64,000 nucleotides of DNA from the human T2T-CHM13v2.0 reference genome, Homo sapiens, in the NCBI RefSeq assembly GCF_009914755.1, contig NC_060936.1. One strand, given 5' to 3'. Position 1 is the first letter of the stretch. The number at the start of each line of letters is the position of its first letter. The position numbers and the translations under genes are program-made. The notes under the pieces were generated by a model. It saw only the letters and a program-made list of their open reading frames with translations. It made no database searches and was not told the DNA's origin. Positions 1-12,742 of this stretch are shown here, piece by piece.

Positions 1-19
1 TTTAAAAATCACCAAGATA

Positions 20-300
20 CACTGTTATTCAAAGCCATGGGACTGAATGAGGCAGCCCAAGGGAAGAGTATGATCAAGAAAAAAAGGGAAGAAGACAAAG
101 CTTGGGGAGCATCCACACATTATAAGTGTACAGATAAAGGAAAAACTGGTGAAAGAGACTGGTAGGAAGGAAAGAAAATAAGAATGTCTTTTAGAAGTAC
201 TGAAATGTATGTCAAGCAACAGTAACTGCTGAAATGATATAAATTATATCGACTAAAAACTTTTTCAATGTTGTCAAAAATCACTAAAATAGAAGTGGGA
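20..300 (-). mobile_element. L2 LINE fragment
   Basis: 'tattcaaagccatgggactgaatgag...ggggagcatccacacatt...gaaagagactgg' resembles the purine-rich antisense strand of L2. Confidence 0.6.
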
Positions 301-647
301 GAATATAGGAATTTCGTAACTCCTGAAAAACTGGAGCAAATGGAGCATTTGTGCCTGCCAGTGTGGAAATAGCGAGATCTTCTGAGCTTTTTCCTTATCT
401 TCCAGATGAATTCAGCCTCTAATGCATTCTTAAGACTCACAAGACTTCTGTACATTTGGCACAGCCAGTTATATTTTCATTATCTCATTATCCTTTGCCT
501 TGGCTTTCAAGACTCACTTATCTAACAATGTTCTAACTGGTTTTACAAGGTCTCATTTCATTAACTCTTCTTTGTTACAAAAATGTAATTATTTTGTGGT
601 CATTACTTCCCCTCAGTCTATGGCACAAACCCTTTGTTTTCTGTGTA

Positions 648-1053
648 CAGTTGCTCCTCGGCTTGGGATGGTAAATTATGTCCAAACAAACCCATCATAT
701 ATTAGAAATATCATAAGTGGAAACGCATTTAATACACCTAACCTACTGAACATCATAGCTTACTTAGCCTCACCTACCTTAAATGTGCTGAGAACACATC
801 AGCCTGCAGTTGGGCAAAATGATCTCGCAACTGGACACTGCATAGTATCGGTTGTTTACTGTCCTGATCAGTGGCTAACTGGAGCTGCTGCAGCCCAGCA
901 TTAGGAAAGGGTATTGTATTGCGTATCTCTAGCTCAGGAAAATATCAAAATTCAAAACTGGAAGTACAGTTTCTACTGAATGCATATTGTTTTCACTCAT
1001 TCTGAAAAGTTGAAAAATCATGAGTCCAACCATCATAAGTCAGGGACCATCTA
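648..1053 (+). mobile_element. MER47B/Tigger5-type TcMar DNA transposon (non-autonomous)
   Basis: TA-flanked ends 'ta|cagttgctcctcg' and 'gggaccatcta|ta'; internal 'gcatttaatacacctaacctactgaacatcatagctta' and 'gaagtacagtttctactgaatgc' match MER47. Confidence 0.8.
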
Positions 1054-1996
1054 TATTATTAGCAACATCTTCAGAATTGAACACCTCTTTCTGCCTTCTC
1101 CACCTTTTGGCATAAGAAATTATCCTCTCCCCCTAAGAAGGTCTCTAACAATAAGTAATTCATGATGTCTAAGTACCCACATATTTTGTACCAAACAGGC
1201 TACCTTCAGCAGTAATGGAAATGGTAATTATTTACTCTGGGAGCCCTGTCAAGGTTTCTGTAAAAATCATTGCTATGCTGCTAAATTGGACTAGGAGTTG
1301 CCTCCTTTTCTACTATTGATCTTATGAGTGAATTATCCCCAAAAAACTTTCCAGTGTGCTATTGGCTAATTCACTGACAGTGCAATATATATTAGGTTGA
1401 ATGTGAATAGCACACATCTTATTCGTAATATGTTTTGGATGCACAAATTTGAAATTTATGTCAATGTTCCTAAGCAACGTAATACAGATGAAAAAATACA
1501 ATTCCCAATGTAACATTCAGTGTTCGTAAATATGCCATCTTGGAAATTACAGCAAGCAATGTAGAAAGTAAGAAAATCAATTGACTCTGGGCACCAATAC
1601 TATTTCTCAGGGCAAAAGTCTATCTCATGTGGCAATAAATGCACCTCTGTCCTTATAAGGAATGTTGTACTATGATGAAATAGTGACTACACTATTTATA
1701 TCATTTATGTTTTAATCCCCTGGTTGCTAGGTGGGGATAAGTCTTCATAGATGCTAATCCACATGTTGTCACACTGGGGTGGGGGTTGTTAAGGTAGTGA
1801 CGGTATAATCATGGGAGTAGTAAAGTGTCTGGAGGCCTGAACAGAATGGGGACGTATTCCTGCTAATGTTGTAATCTCAATTCATAGAAGATGAGGTCAA
1901 GTTAACTTTTGAATTTGACTTTTTAAAATTACGTATACACATATTATATAGATACATACATACGTGATTCTTTGGCTGTGAAATTGTGGCCTTAGT

Positions 1997-2330
1997 CATT
2001 CATTCCAAATATATTTATTGGGCACTTCCATATGCTAGCGACCATGACAAACTCTGGGAAAGTGTCAGTGAATAAGACTGCGGTAGTCTCTGAGGTCACA
2101 GCTTACAGTCTAGGTCAGCCAAGTAAGTGGACAGACAGAACAGGTAGCTACTGTTTTGTCTACATGATAAATGTGAATGGGAGAATTAAAGCAGGACATT
2201 TGTAAATCTGTTTATTTATTCATTTATTTATTTAGTGTGTATTTATTTAAGCACTGATGGTGCAAAAGAAGTAAAATATACAGTCCTTGTCCCACGATTT
2301 CCAGTGTAGTAGAGGAGAGAAATATTCATT
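1997..2330 (-). mobile_element. L2 3'-end fragments
   Basis: 'cattcattccaaatatatttattgggcacttccatatgc...gcttacagtctag' is a typical antisense L2 tail. Confidence 0.6.
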
Positions 2331-2433
2331 CAATGGACTGAGAAAAAACTCCAAAGGGCAGCATAGGTACAGTGTCTGGAGACACAGTTGAGAGATGTGG
2401 AATAACAATGACCTAATTTCTTACTACTCTCTC

Positions 2434-2813
2434 TTTCTTAATCTGTTCAGGCTGCTATAACAAAATACCTTAGACTGGGTAATTGATCAAAAATAGAAAT
2501 TTATGTCTCACAGTTCTGATGGCTGGGAAGTCCAAGATCAAGGCACCAGCAGATTTCATCTCTGGTGAGGGCCTATTCCTCATAGATGATGACTTCTGTG
2601 TAGGACACAATAAAAGGCAAAAAAGGCTACAAGCTCCCTCTGGCCTTTTTTATAAGGGCCCTAATCCCACTCATGAGTGCAGAGCCTTCCTGCCCTAATC
2701 ACCTCTCAAATGCCCCACCACCCCCCAAATGCCCCACCTCTTAATATTATTCCTTTGAAGATCGAATTTCCACATATGAATTTCAAGAGGATGTGCACAT
2801 TCAGACTACAGCA
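2434..2813 (-). mobile_element. MLT1A/MLT1A0 solo LTR (ERVL-MaLR)
   Basis: 'ttcaggctgctataacaaaataccttagactggg...catatgaattt...cattcagactacagca'; 5-bp target-site duplication (TSD) ctctc on both sides. Confidence 0.85.
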
Positions 2814-2839
2814 CTCTCCCTCACTCCAGATGCCCCACC

Positions 2840-3142
2840 TCACTCTTCCTGTCTCAGGGCATCTGCATCACCTATTTCCTCTACACGAATTCTTTTCCCC
2901 AACTTCCCCGCTTATGGCAAGGCTGTGCTCAAATGCCTTCCCAGTGAGGCCTACCTTGACCACACTGTACAACACTGCACCACACTGGCCTCTGGCATTT
3001 CTGATTCATCATACCCTGCTCGTCTTCCCCCTTTTCCCACAGCACTTATCACCTTTCAATGCACTCGATAATTTACTTACATATTATGTTTTCTGTTTAT
3101 TGTTTGTGTCCCCTGTTAAGATTTAAGCTACATAAAGGCAGA
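2840..3142 (+). mobile_element. L2a 3' fragment
   Basis: 'gtctcagggcatctgca...cccagtgaggcctaccttgacc...cacagcacttatcacc...ttattgtttgtgtcccc...aagctacataaaggcag'. Confidence 0.65.
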
Positions 3143-3144
3143 AT

Positions 3145-3675
3145 TCACCCACACCAATGTTCTCCAGTACATAAAATGTATTTTTCTCTCTGTCTGCTTT
3201 TCAGATTTTTTTCTGTGTTTTTCATTTTTCTGCAATTTGACTATTATGTGTCTAGGTGAGGGGTTTTTTTTTAATCCTGTTTGGGGTTTGTTGACCTTTC
3301 TTGACAGGTGGGCTGAGTTTTTTACCAAATTTGGAAAATTGGGTGGTCCATACTTTAAAAATGTTTTTGTAACCAATTCTCTCTTTCCTCTCTTTTTAAT
3401 ATTCCAATTACATATATGATAGATTGTTTGATAATTTCCTCAAGGTTATTAAAGTTCTGGGATTTTTTTTCAATTTTTTTCTCTGTGTGCTTTAGTTGGA
3501 ATAATTTCTATTAACCTGTCTCCAGATTCATCCTGTCTTCTGTTGTGTTCAACCTGCTGTTAATCCCATGCAGTGATTTTTTTCAGTGATTATATTTGTT
3601 AGTCCTAGGATTTTAATTTCGTTCTTTTTTAGAGTTTCCAGATCACTCCTAAAACTTCCTACCACTTTTTCCATT
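3145..3675 (-). mobile_element. Old L1M ORF1 fragment (inverted)
   Basis: Minus-strand translation 'NFPNLVKN...PRHIIVKLQK...' is L1 ORF1p-like. Confidence 0.8.
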
Positions 3676-3679
3676 GTAG

Positions 3680-5198
3680 ATTTAATGAAAATGCTAAACC
3701 TCTAGCAAGACTCATGAAAGAGAGAGAAAAAAACTGCAAATTACCAATATCGGGAATAAAAGCAGAGATTTTGCTACATCATCCTACAGACACTAAAAGG
3801 ATATTATAAGTAATAGTATGTTAGTACATTGGACAAATTAAATGAAATGTACAAATTCTTTGAGAAACACAACTTCCTAAAATCAAACGAGAAGAAATAC
3901 AAAATATGAATAGCCTAATATTTAAAATAAATTGAAGTTGTCATTTAAAATCTTCTCACAAAGAAAACTCAAGGTCCATATGGCTCACTGGTGAACTCTG
4001 ACAAACATTTCATAATACCGAGTTAAACTAACTCTTTCAGAAAATCAAAAAGGAATAAACATTCCTAATTTATTTTATGAGTTCAGCATAATTCTGGTGT
4101 CAAAAGTAACAAAGGCATTACAAGAAAACTTATACACCTCGATTATAAATACAAAATTCCTCAACAATATTGTTGCAAACCAAATCCAGCAATATATTTA
4201 AAATTGAATATGGCATGACCAATGAAGTTAATTCTAATAATGCAAGGTTAAATTCATCAATGAATTCAATTTACTACCTTACTATAATTTAAATATTATG
4301 TGATCATCTCACTAGATATAAAAAAACTGACAAAAATCAATACCCATTCATATTTAAGAGTGACAAATGAATGTTTTCCCTTTAAAACAGAAAACATCAA
4401 AGATGTCTGCTCTCACCACTTCTATCCTAGTTTAAGAGATCCTAGATTGTGAAATAAAACAAGAAAATGAAACAAAAAGCATTAAGATTGCAAAGAAAGA
4501 AAGCTATGTGTATTGCCAGACAACTTAATTGCATGTATTGAAAGTCCTGAGGAATCTATGTACCTCTAACAAGTGAATTTAGCAAGGTTGCAAGACACAA
4601 TATCAATATATGAAAAATCAGTTGCATTTTTTTCTTTAAGAGCACCAAATAATTTAAAAATTAAAATTTAGGAAATATAGTAGCATCAAAAAAACATAAA
4701 AATACTTAAGACATAAGTTTAATTTTAGAATGGTACAATAATTGTACATTGAAAACTATAAAACGCTAAAGATTTTCTTAAATCTAAGCAAGTATAGAGA
4801 TATATTCTGGGGGCTAGAAGACACATTGTAAAGATGTCATTTCTAAGCAAATTAATCTATATCTTCAATGCAATCCCAATCAAAATTCCAGCAGGCATTT
4901 TTATAGAAATTAATAATCTTATTCTAAAATTTATATGGAAATGCACAAGATAGGATAGTCAAAATGATCTTGAAAAGAAGAACTTACACTACCTGATTTC
5001 AAGACTTATTATAAAGCTATAATAATAAAGAGAACATGATACTTGCATGGTGATAGACAAATAGATCAATGGAACAAAAGAGAGACTCCAGAAATCGGCC
5101 CACACATCTGTACTTAGTTGACTTTTAACAAAGGTCCCGAGGTAACTTATTTTAAAAAGAATAGTCTTTTTAACCAGTGTTGCTGAAACAACTGGATG

Positions 5199-5230
<32 letters not shown>

Positions 5231-6045
5231 CAAAAATGAACATCAATTCTTACCTTCTTCCATACACATAAATTCAAAATTGATCATAAATATAAACATA
5301 ATAGTATAAATCTTCTAGAAGAAAACACAGGAGAAAATCGTTACAACCTTGGGATAAAGATTTCTAAGACAGCAAAAAAACAGAAAAAATGGTAAATTTG
5401 ACTTTATCAAAATTAAAACCTTTTGTTTTTTGAAAGACACTACTAAAAAACTGAAAAGGTAAGCCACAGGCTTGCAATACAAATATCTGACCAAGAGTGA
5501 ATCCTGAATATGTAAAAGAACTCCTATAAATTAATAATAAAAGGACAAAAACCTAACAAAAAATATGGGCAAAGGAGTTGAACAGACATTTCACAAAAGA
5601 ACATATATAAGCAAATGAAAAGGTACTCAATATAGTCATTTAGGGAAATGCAAATAAAACCACAATGAAACATCATTTCACACTTACTCAAATGCTTAAA
5701 ACTATAAAAACTGACAGTAAGTGTTGACAAGGATGTGCAGATACTAAAACCCTCATACTCTGCTGGTTGGAGTATAAAATGGTACAACCATTGGAAAACG
5801 TGAACAGTTTCTTATAAAGTTAAATTTATGCTTACTGTGTGATCCAGAAATTCCATTCCTATATAATCCACATCCAAGAGAAATGAAAGCATATGTTCAC
5901 AAAAGGATGAATTTTCATACAGCTTTATTTGCAGTAATCCCAAACTGGAAATGATCCAAATATCCATCAACAGATGAACAAAGAAAGTGTAGTAGATTCA
6001 TAACAATGGAATACTATCCAGTAATAAAAAAGAACAAACTTACTA
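3680..6045 (+). mobile_element. Old L1M (L1MC/ME-type), ORF2 to 3'UTR
   Basis: 'aaacctctagcaagact', 'ttcaatgcaatcccaatcaaaattccagcagg', 'ctacctgatttcaagacttattataaagcta', 'gatccagaaattcca'; many stop codons. Confidence 0.85.
5199..5230 (+). repeat. (GATA)8 microsatellite
   Basis: Read directly; lies within the L1. Confidence 0.95.
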
Positions 6046-7621
6046 TAGAGCTATAATAATCAAAATGGTGTGGTACTGGCATGAAAACAGATATATTGAT
6101 CCATAAAACAAAATAGAGAGCCTAGAGATAAATTCATACATTTACAGTGAACTCATTTTTGACCAAGGTGTCAAGAACATACACTGGGGAAAAGGCAGTT
6201 TATTCAATAAATGGTTTTGGGAAAACTATATATCCATATTCAAAAGAATAAAACTAGACGTTTATCTCTCACCATATATAAAAATCAAATTAAAATGGAT
6301 TAAAGAATTAAATCTAAGATCTCAACCTATGAAACTACTACAAGAAAATATTGGGGAAACTCTCCAGGACATTGGAATGGGCAAAGATTCCTTGAGTAAT
6401 ACCTCATATGCACAGGCAGCCAAAGCAAAAATGGACAAATGGGATCACATCAAGTTAAAAAGCTTCTGTACAGCAAAGGAAACAATCAACAAAGTGAAGA
6501 GACGACTCACAGAATGGGGAAAATATCTGCAAACTACCCATCTGACAACGGATTCATAACCAGAATATATAATGAGCTCAAACAACTCATAGGAAAAAAA
6601 TCTAATAATCTGATGAATAAATGAACAAAAGACCTGAATAGATGTTTCTCAAAAGAAGACATACAAATGACAAACGGGGATATGGAAAGGTGCTCAACAT
6701 CATTGATCATCAGAGAAATGCAAATAAAAGCCATAATAATATATCATTTCATCCCAGCTTAAATAGATTTTACCTAAAAGTCATGCTATAATAAATGTTG
6801 GTGAGGATGTGGAGAAAAGGGAACCCTTGTACACTGTTGGTGGGAACATAAATTAGTACAACCACTATGGAGAACAGTTTGGAGGTTCCTCAAAAACCTA
6901 AAAATACAGTTACTATATGATCCAGCAATCCCACTCCTAGGCATATACCCCAAAGAAAGGAAATCTGTATCAGAGAGATATCTGCACCTCCATGTTTATT
7001 GCAACACTATTCACAATAGCCAAGCAACCTAAGTGTTCATCAACAGATGAGTGGATAAAGAAAATGTGGATAAATAAAATGAGTGGATAAAGAAATCTAC
7101 ATGTACACAATGGAGTTCTATTCGGCCATTAAAAGGAATAAGATCGTGTCATTCACAACAACATGGATGGAACTGGAGGGCATTATGTTAAGTGAAATAA
7201 GCCAGGCACAGAAAGACAAGCTTTGCATGTTCTCACTTATTTGTAGGAGCTAAAAGTTAAAATAATTGAACTCATGAAGATAGAGAGCAGAAGGATAGTT
7301 ACCAGAGACTAGGAAGGAAAGTGGGTAATGGGGGGATGGTTAATGGGTACAAAAAAATTAGAAAGAATTAATAAGACCTAGTATTTGCTAACACAACAGA
7401 TTGACTATAGTCAAAAATAATTTAATTGTACATTTTTAAATAATTAAAAGAGCATAATTGTGTTCTTTGTAACACAAAGGATAAATGCTTGAGGTGACAG
7501 ATACCCTATTTACCCTGATGTGATTATTATGCACTACATGCCTGTACCTAAGTATCTTATATAATCCGTAAACATATACACCTACTATGTACCCACAAAA
7601 ATTAAGAAATAAAATTTTTTT
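6046..7621 (+). mobile_element. 5'-truncated L1MA (L1MA2/3-like) nested in an older L1
   Basis: ORF2 end 'KMDKWDHIKLKSFCTAKETINKVKR'; 3'UTR ending 'cacctactatgtacccacaaaaatt'; TSD aaagaacaaact(t)act at ~6028 and ~7622. Confidence 0.85.
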
Positions 7622-7860
7622 AAAGAACAAACTACTGACCCACACAACAACATGGATGAACCATGTTGAACCATGACTCAGCAATCCACTCCTAGGTATA
7701 GACCAACAATATACACCTTGGTGTTTAAATGTGCACCAAAATACCATATAGGAATGTTCAGAGCAACATTCTCAATAGCCAAAACCCAGAAATGACCCAA
7801 ATGAGCTCCAACAACAGAATGAATAAACAGTGGTATATTCATTTAATAAAAATGTATTAA
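7622..7860 (+). mobile_element. L1ME-type 3' region fragments (host elements)
   Basis: 'cacacaacaacatggatgaacc', 'cagcaatccactcctaggtata', 'aatagccaaaacccagaaatgacccaaatg'. Confidence 0.65.
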
Positions 7861-7864
7861 ATCT

Positions 7865-9870
7865 AGAAAAAAAACCCATTTACAATAGCTACCAAAAAAA
7901 TAAAATACTTAGGAATAAATTTAATCAAGGAGGTAAAAGACTTGCACAGTGAAAACTATAAAACATTTATGAAAAAATTGAAGACACCTATCAATGGAAA
8001 GCTAGCTGTGTTCATGAATTGAAAGAATATTGTTACAATGTTCATCCTACCCAAAGTGATCTACAGATTTAATACAATCTTTATCAAAATTGCAATGTCA
8101 TTTTTCATAAAAATATAAAAATCCTAAAATTCACATGGAACTACAAAATACTACAAATAGCCAAGGCAATCATGGGCAAAAAGAAGAAATCTGGAGGCAT
8201 CATACTACCTGATGTCAAATTATACTTTGAAGCTATAGTAATGAAAACAGCATGATACTGGCATAAAAACAGGTACATCAACCAATGTATGGGAATAGAG
8301 AGCCCAGAAATGAACCCATGCACATATGGCCAATTGATTTTCAACAAAAATGCCACACACAATGGGAAAGGGATAGTCTCTTCAATAAATGGCATTGGAA
8401 AAACTGGATATATCCACATGCAAAAGAATGAAATTGGACCTTTATCTCACACCGTATACAAAAATAAATTCAAAATGGATTAAAGGTTTAAACATAAGAC
8501 CTCAAACTAAAACTACTAGATGAAAACACAGGGGTAACCTACACTTTGACATTAGTCTGGACAACAATTTTTTGGGATTTGACCACAATAGCACAGGCAA
8601 CAAAACTAAAAATAGACAAATAGGATTACATTGAACCAAAAGGCTTCTGCAAAGCAAAGTAAACAATTAACTCTGACAAGACAACCTACAGATTGGGAGA
8701 AGATATTTGCAAGCCATACATCTGTTAAGGGGTTAACATCCAAAATATATAAGGAAGACTCAATAGCAAAAACACAAATCATCCAGTTGAAAAACTGAAC
8801 AAGAGATCTGAATAGACATTTCTCAAAGGAAGACATACAAATGTCTAGCAGATATATTTAAGAAAGCTCAACACCACTAATCATCTGAAAAATGCAAATC
8901 AAAACCACAATGCGATATCCCCTCACAACTATCAGAATGGCTACTATAAAGAAAAAAAGACAAAAGGTAACAAGTTGGTGAGGATGTGGAAAAAAGGGAA
9001 CCCCTGTACACTGTCGGTAGGAGTGTAAATTAGTATAACCATTATGGAAAACAGGATGGAGGTTCCTCAAAAAACTAAAAACAGAGCTATCATATGATCC
9101 AGCAACCCTACCTCTGGGTATTTACCCAAAAGAAAGGAAATCAGCTTGTCAAAGAGATATGCACTCCCATGTTCATTGCAGCAATATGCACAATAGTCAA
9201 GCTATGGAATCAGCCTAAGTGTCCATCAACAGATGAAGTGATAAGGAAAAATGTGATATAGATACACAATGGAACATTATTCAGACTTTAAAAAGAAGGA
9301 AATTTTGAACCTGGCATGGTGGCTTGTGCCTATAATCCCAGCGACTAGGGAGGCTAAAGCTGGAGGATTACTTGAGGCCAGGAGTTACACTAGCCTGGAT
9401 GACAGAGCAAACACTGGTCTCTTAATAATAAAAAAGGAGGAGGAGGAGGAAGCAATTCTGGCATTTGCAATAACATGGATGGAATTAAAGAACATTATAT
9501 TCTAGGTGAAATAAGCTAAGCACAGAAAGACAAATACCACGTGTTCTCACTTACAGAGGCTGGAGGTGGGGAGAATGGGAAAATGATGGTCAAAGGATAC
9601 AAAGTCTCAGACAGGAAAACTAAGTGTTGGTTTTTTTGAGATTTATTGCACAGCATGGTGAATATAGTTAATAATAAAGTATTGTGCATTTCAAAATCAC
9701 TGAGGGCAAATTTCAAATGTTCTCACCACAAAAATAAATAAGTATTTGAGGTGACAAATGTTAAAATTACCTTAATGTGATTATTCCATTTTGTATTCAT
9801 ACATCGTAACCACTCTGTATTCCATAAATACATACTGTTATAAATTGCCAATTTACAACACCTTTTAAAA
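7865..9870 (+). mobile_element. 5'-truncated L1MA (L1MA5-8-like)
   Basis: ORF2 '[18 protein letters not shown]'; 3'UTR 'gcacagcatggtgaatatagttaataat...aatgttctcaccacaaaaa'. Confidence 0.85.
9308..9435 (+). mobile_element. FLAM (Alu monomer) inserted in L1MA
   Basis: Single arm 'ctggcatggtggcttgtgcctataatcccagc...gaggccaggagtt...agcctgg'; degenerate TSD aaggaaattttg/aagcaattctg. Confidence 0.8.
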
Positions 9871-9877
9871 AAATTTT

Positions 9878-10198
9878 AATGAAGTATAAACTGTTAGATG
9901 TAAAAATATGAATGAACCTCACAACACAGGGTTGATAGAAGCCTCTGGATGAATCTATTCATATAAAGTTCATGAACAAGCAAAACTAATATGTGGCAAT
10001 TGAAGTTCAACTAGTGATTCTAACTAGGAAAAGGTATAAGGGAGGATTCTGGGGTGCTGTGGATGTCTTCTACATTGATCTGGGTAGTGATTCCATTATG
10101 GTGGGTTTTTTTAAGTCATAAGCTATACACTTAAGATTTTTGCACTTTATAGTATGCACGACGTATCTCAACAACAAAAGTAAAATGCAAAAAAAAAT
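9878..10198 (+). mobile_element. L1ME 3' end
   Basis: 'aagcaaaactaat...ctggggtgctgtggatgtcttctacattgatctgggtagtg...gctatacacttaagatttttgcacttt' followed by an A-rich end. Confidence 0.7.
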
Positions 10199-10344
10199 CA
10201 TATTTTTACATTACTGTTTTAGTCCTACATAAACCATTCCAGGGAATATTAGAAGAGCACAGGGGCCCCCATTCTGTAGAGACTTCGGGTGCAGTTAAAG
10301 AGCTAAAGCTACCATACACGCGTTAGATAAAAATTAATACAAAG

Positions 10345-10776
10345 TGTGTTTTAGGATTGCCTTAGTAAATTACCACAAACTCGGTAGCTTAAAATAACAG
10401 AGATTTCTTCCACAGTTGTGTAGGCTAGAAGTTCAAAATAAAGGTCTTAACAGGTCTGCACTCCTCTCAAAGGCTCTAGGAGAAGATCCTTCCTTGCCTC
10501 CTCCAGGGTGGCTCCTGGCATTCCTGGGCTTGTAGCAGCATCACTCCAATTCCTGCCTCTGTCTTCACATGGCCTTCTTCCCTGTATGTCTCTGTGTCTT
10601 CTCCTCTTATTTCCTCTTCTCATCAGGACACCAGTCGTTGGATTTAGGGCTCACCCTGGTGCCAAATGACCTCATCTAAACTAGTTACATCTGCCAAGAC
10701 CCTATTTACAATAAAATCACATTCTAAAGTTCTGGGTAGACATGAATCTTGAGGGGGATGCTACTCAACCTCCTAC
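10345..10776 (-). mobile_element. MLT1C solo LTR
   Basis: 'aattaccacaaactcggtagcttaaaataacag...ggctctaggagaagatccttccttgcctc...gaccctattt'. Confidence 0.8.
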
Positions 10777-10796
10777 ACAAAGCAATTTTAAATCTA

Positions 10797-11144
<348 letters not shown>

Positions 11145-11149
11145 TTAAA

Positions 11150-11620
11150 TTAAGTGCTAAATTGTTTCACCATAGAAATTCAGAGAAAGATGTGATCATT
11201 GCAATCTAAAAAAGTTAGAAACAATGTCATGAGAAGTTAGCCCTTGAATCCTGCTATGGAAACAGCAGATTCAGGTGAGCTGCAGCACAGTGCAGTCTGG
11301 CAGTGGAAGGAAAGCAGTACAGAGGCGGGTCTGAGTGACAGGGAGTCCTGGCTGAGGAGGGGAAGAAAATAAGATTGAATAAATAGAGTGAGCCAAGTTA
11401 TGAGAGTCCTTGAAAGCCTGGCAGATGAATTTAGACTTGGTCCAATAGGAAATAGGAAACAGGAAATGACTGTAAATTCTTGAGCAGGGAAGTGACATGG
11501 TGACAGCAGTGTTTCAGGAAGATTATGTTGGTGACAGTTGGCTGGATGTATTGGAGGCAAAAGGGACTGAAGGCTGATGTATTTTGTCTTCCCTTTGCTG
11601 GATGTATATAGGGTAGCAAG
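11150..11620 (-). mobile_element. L2 fragment
   Basis: 'tgagcagggaagtgacatggtgacagcagtgtttcaggaagattatgttggtgacag' is the antisense L2 motif. Confidence 0.65.
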
Positions 11621-11789
11621 AGATACGTAGTTTGATTTTAAAAAAGAAAATGCACCACTGCAATGATGCTCCTAAATCTTAATAAACTTCCTGATCTCAT
11701 TCTCAAATGGAAAAGTAGACCAAGTGGCATTGTGTTTGAAAAGCTAATTGCTCCTCAGTTTGAAATTCTTGTTTGGAGAAGAGGCAAGA

Positions 11790-11935
11790 GCTTCCCATTG
11801 TTTCAGCATCAGAGTCACCTGAGAGCCTGTTAGAAACACAGACCCTCAGGCCCCATCCTAGACCTATGTAATCAGAATCTACATTTTTACCAAGATCCCC
11901 AGAAGATTCATGTGCCTTACACTTCATATTATAGT
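11790..11935. mobile_element. MER5A (hAT-Charlie)
   Basis: 'cagcatcagagtcacctgagagcctgttagaaacacaga...aatcagaatctacatttttaccaagatcccc'. Confidence 0.75.
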
Positions 11936-12574
11936 GAGAGGTGCATCGCCATGGTAAATTTCTGTTGAACCTCTGTAGTTTGTGAAAAAATGTGGATATA
12001 TAACTGTTGAAACTGTTAACTTGAAAAAACAATTATTAACCTTGTGCCTCCTGTGACGAGGCTGTCACATCGAGACATTCACCAGTCCCAGAGCTGTGGT
12101 GCCTGCTCACCCACTTACCCGTCTCATGGGGAACAACTGTTAACAGATGAAATGGAGACATCTGGTTGTCTCATGAAATGTGTCACTTAGAACATGCAGC
12201 TGAAATTGAGACATCTGTCTCCCCACCATTCTATGGATTCTTGCTCTAAAGTGACACTTTTTTGTCATTTGAAATACACCTTCATACTGCAGTGGCTTCA
12301 TTTCCTTGCTATGCAAGTATGAGAGAGGAGGACATCAGATTGGTGCAGATAATGAAAAGTAGAAAATTCACCTGTCCAGAGCCGTGGCAGGACCACCTGC
12401 CTTGGGAACATGGTTCCAACCCTGCTGAGCAACTTTCTCCTCTGGCATTCCACTCCCCAATTGCAAGTGTCAGTGGTTACCCCAGCACATCAACAGAGTG
12501 AAAAATATTTGGTAACTATGCCCTCTGTGTCATACGTTGCTAGAAAAGACTGAGTTTGTAAGGCCATACATTGG

Positions 12575-12742
12575 AGCAAAGCTTTGCAAACTTTAACATG
12601 CATCCATATTACCTGAGGAATCTTGTGAAAACACAGATTCTGAATCAGTATGTCCAAAGTGAGGGCTGAGATCCTGCATTCCCAACAGGCTTGCAGGTGA
12701 TGCTGATGCTGGTGCCTGAGGACCACACTCTAAGTAACAAGG
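12575..12742. mobile_element. MER5A/MER5A1 (hAT-Charlie)
   Basis: 'cagattctgaatcagta...gggctgagatcctgcattcccaacagg...ggtgatgctgatgctg...gaccacactc'. Confidence 0.75.

Noticed and set aside
500-904. 134-aa ORF
   Set aside because: Mostly within the MER47 transposon; non-ATG start.
2677-3126. 149-aa ORF
   Set aside because: Runs across an MLT1A LTR and an L2 fragment.
6329-8483. ORFs with L1 ORF2-like peptides
   Set aside because: Short remnants of 5'-truncated dead L1MA copies, not genes.
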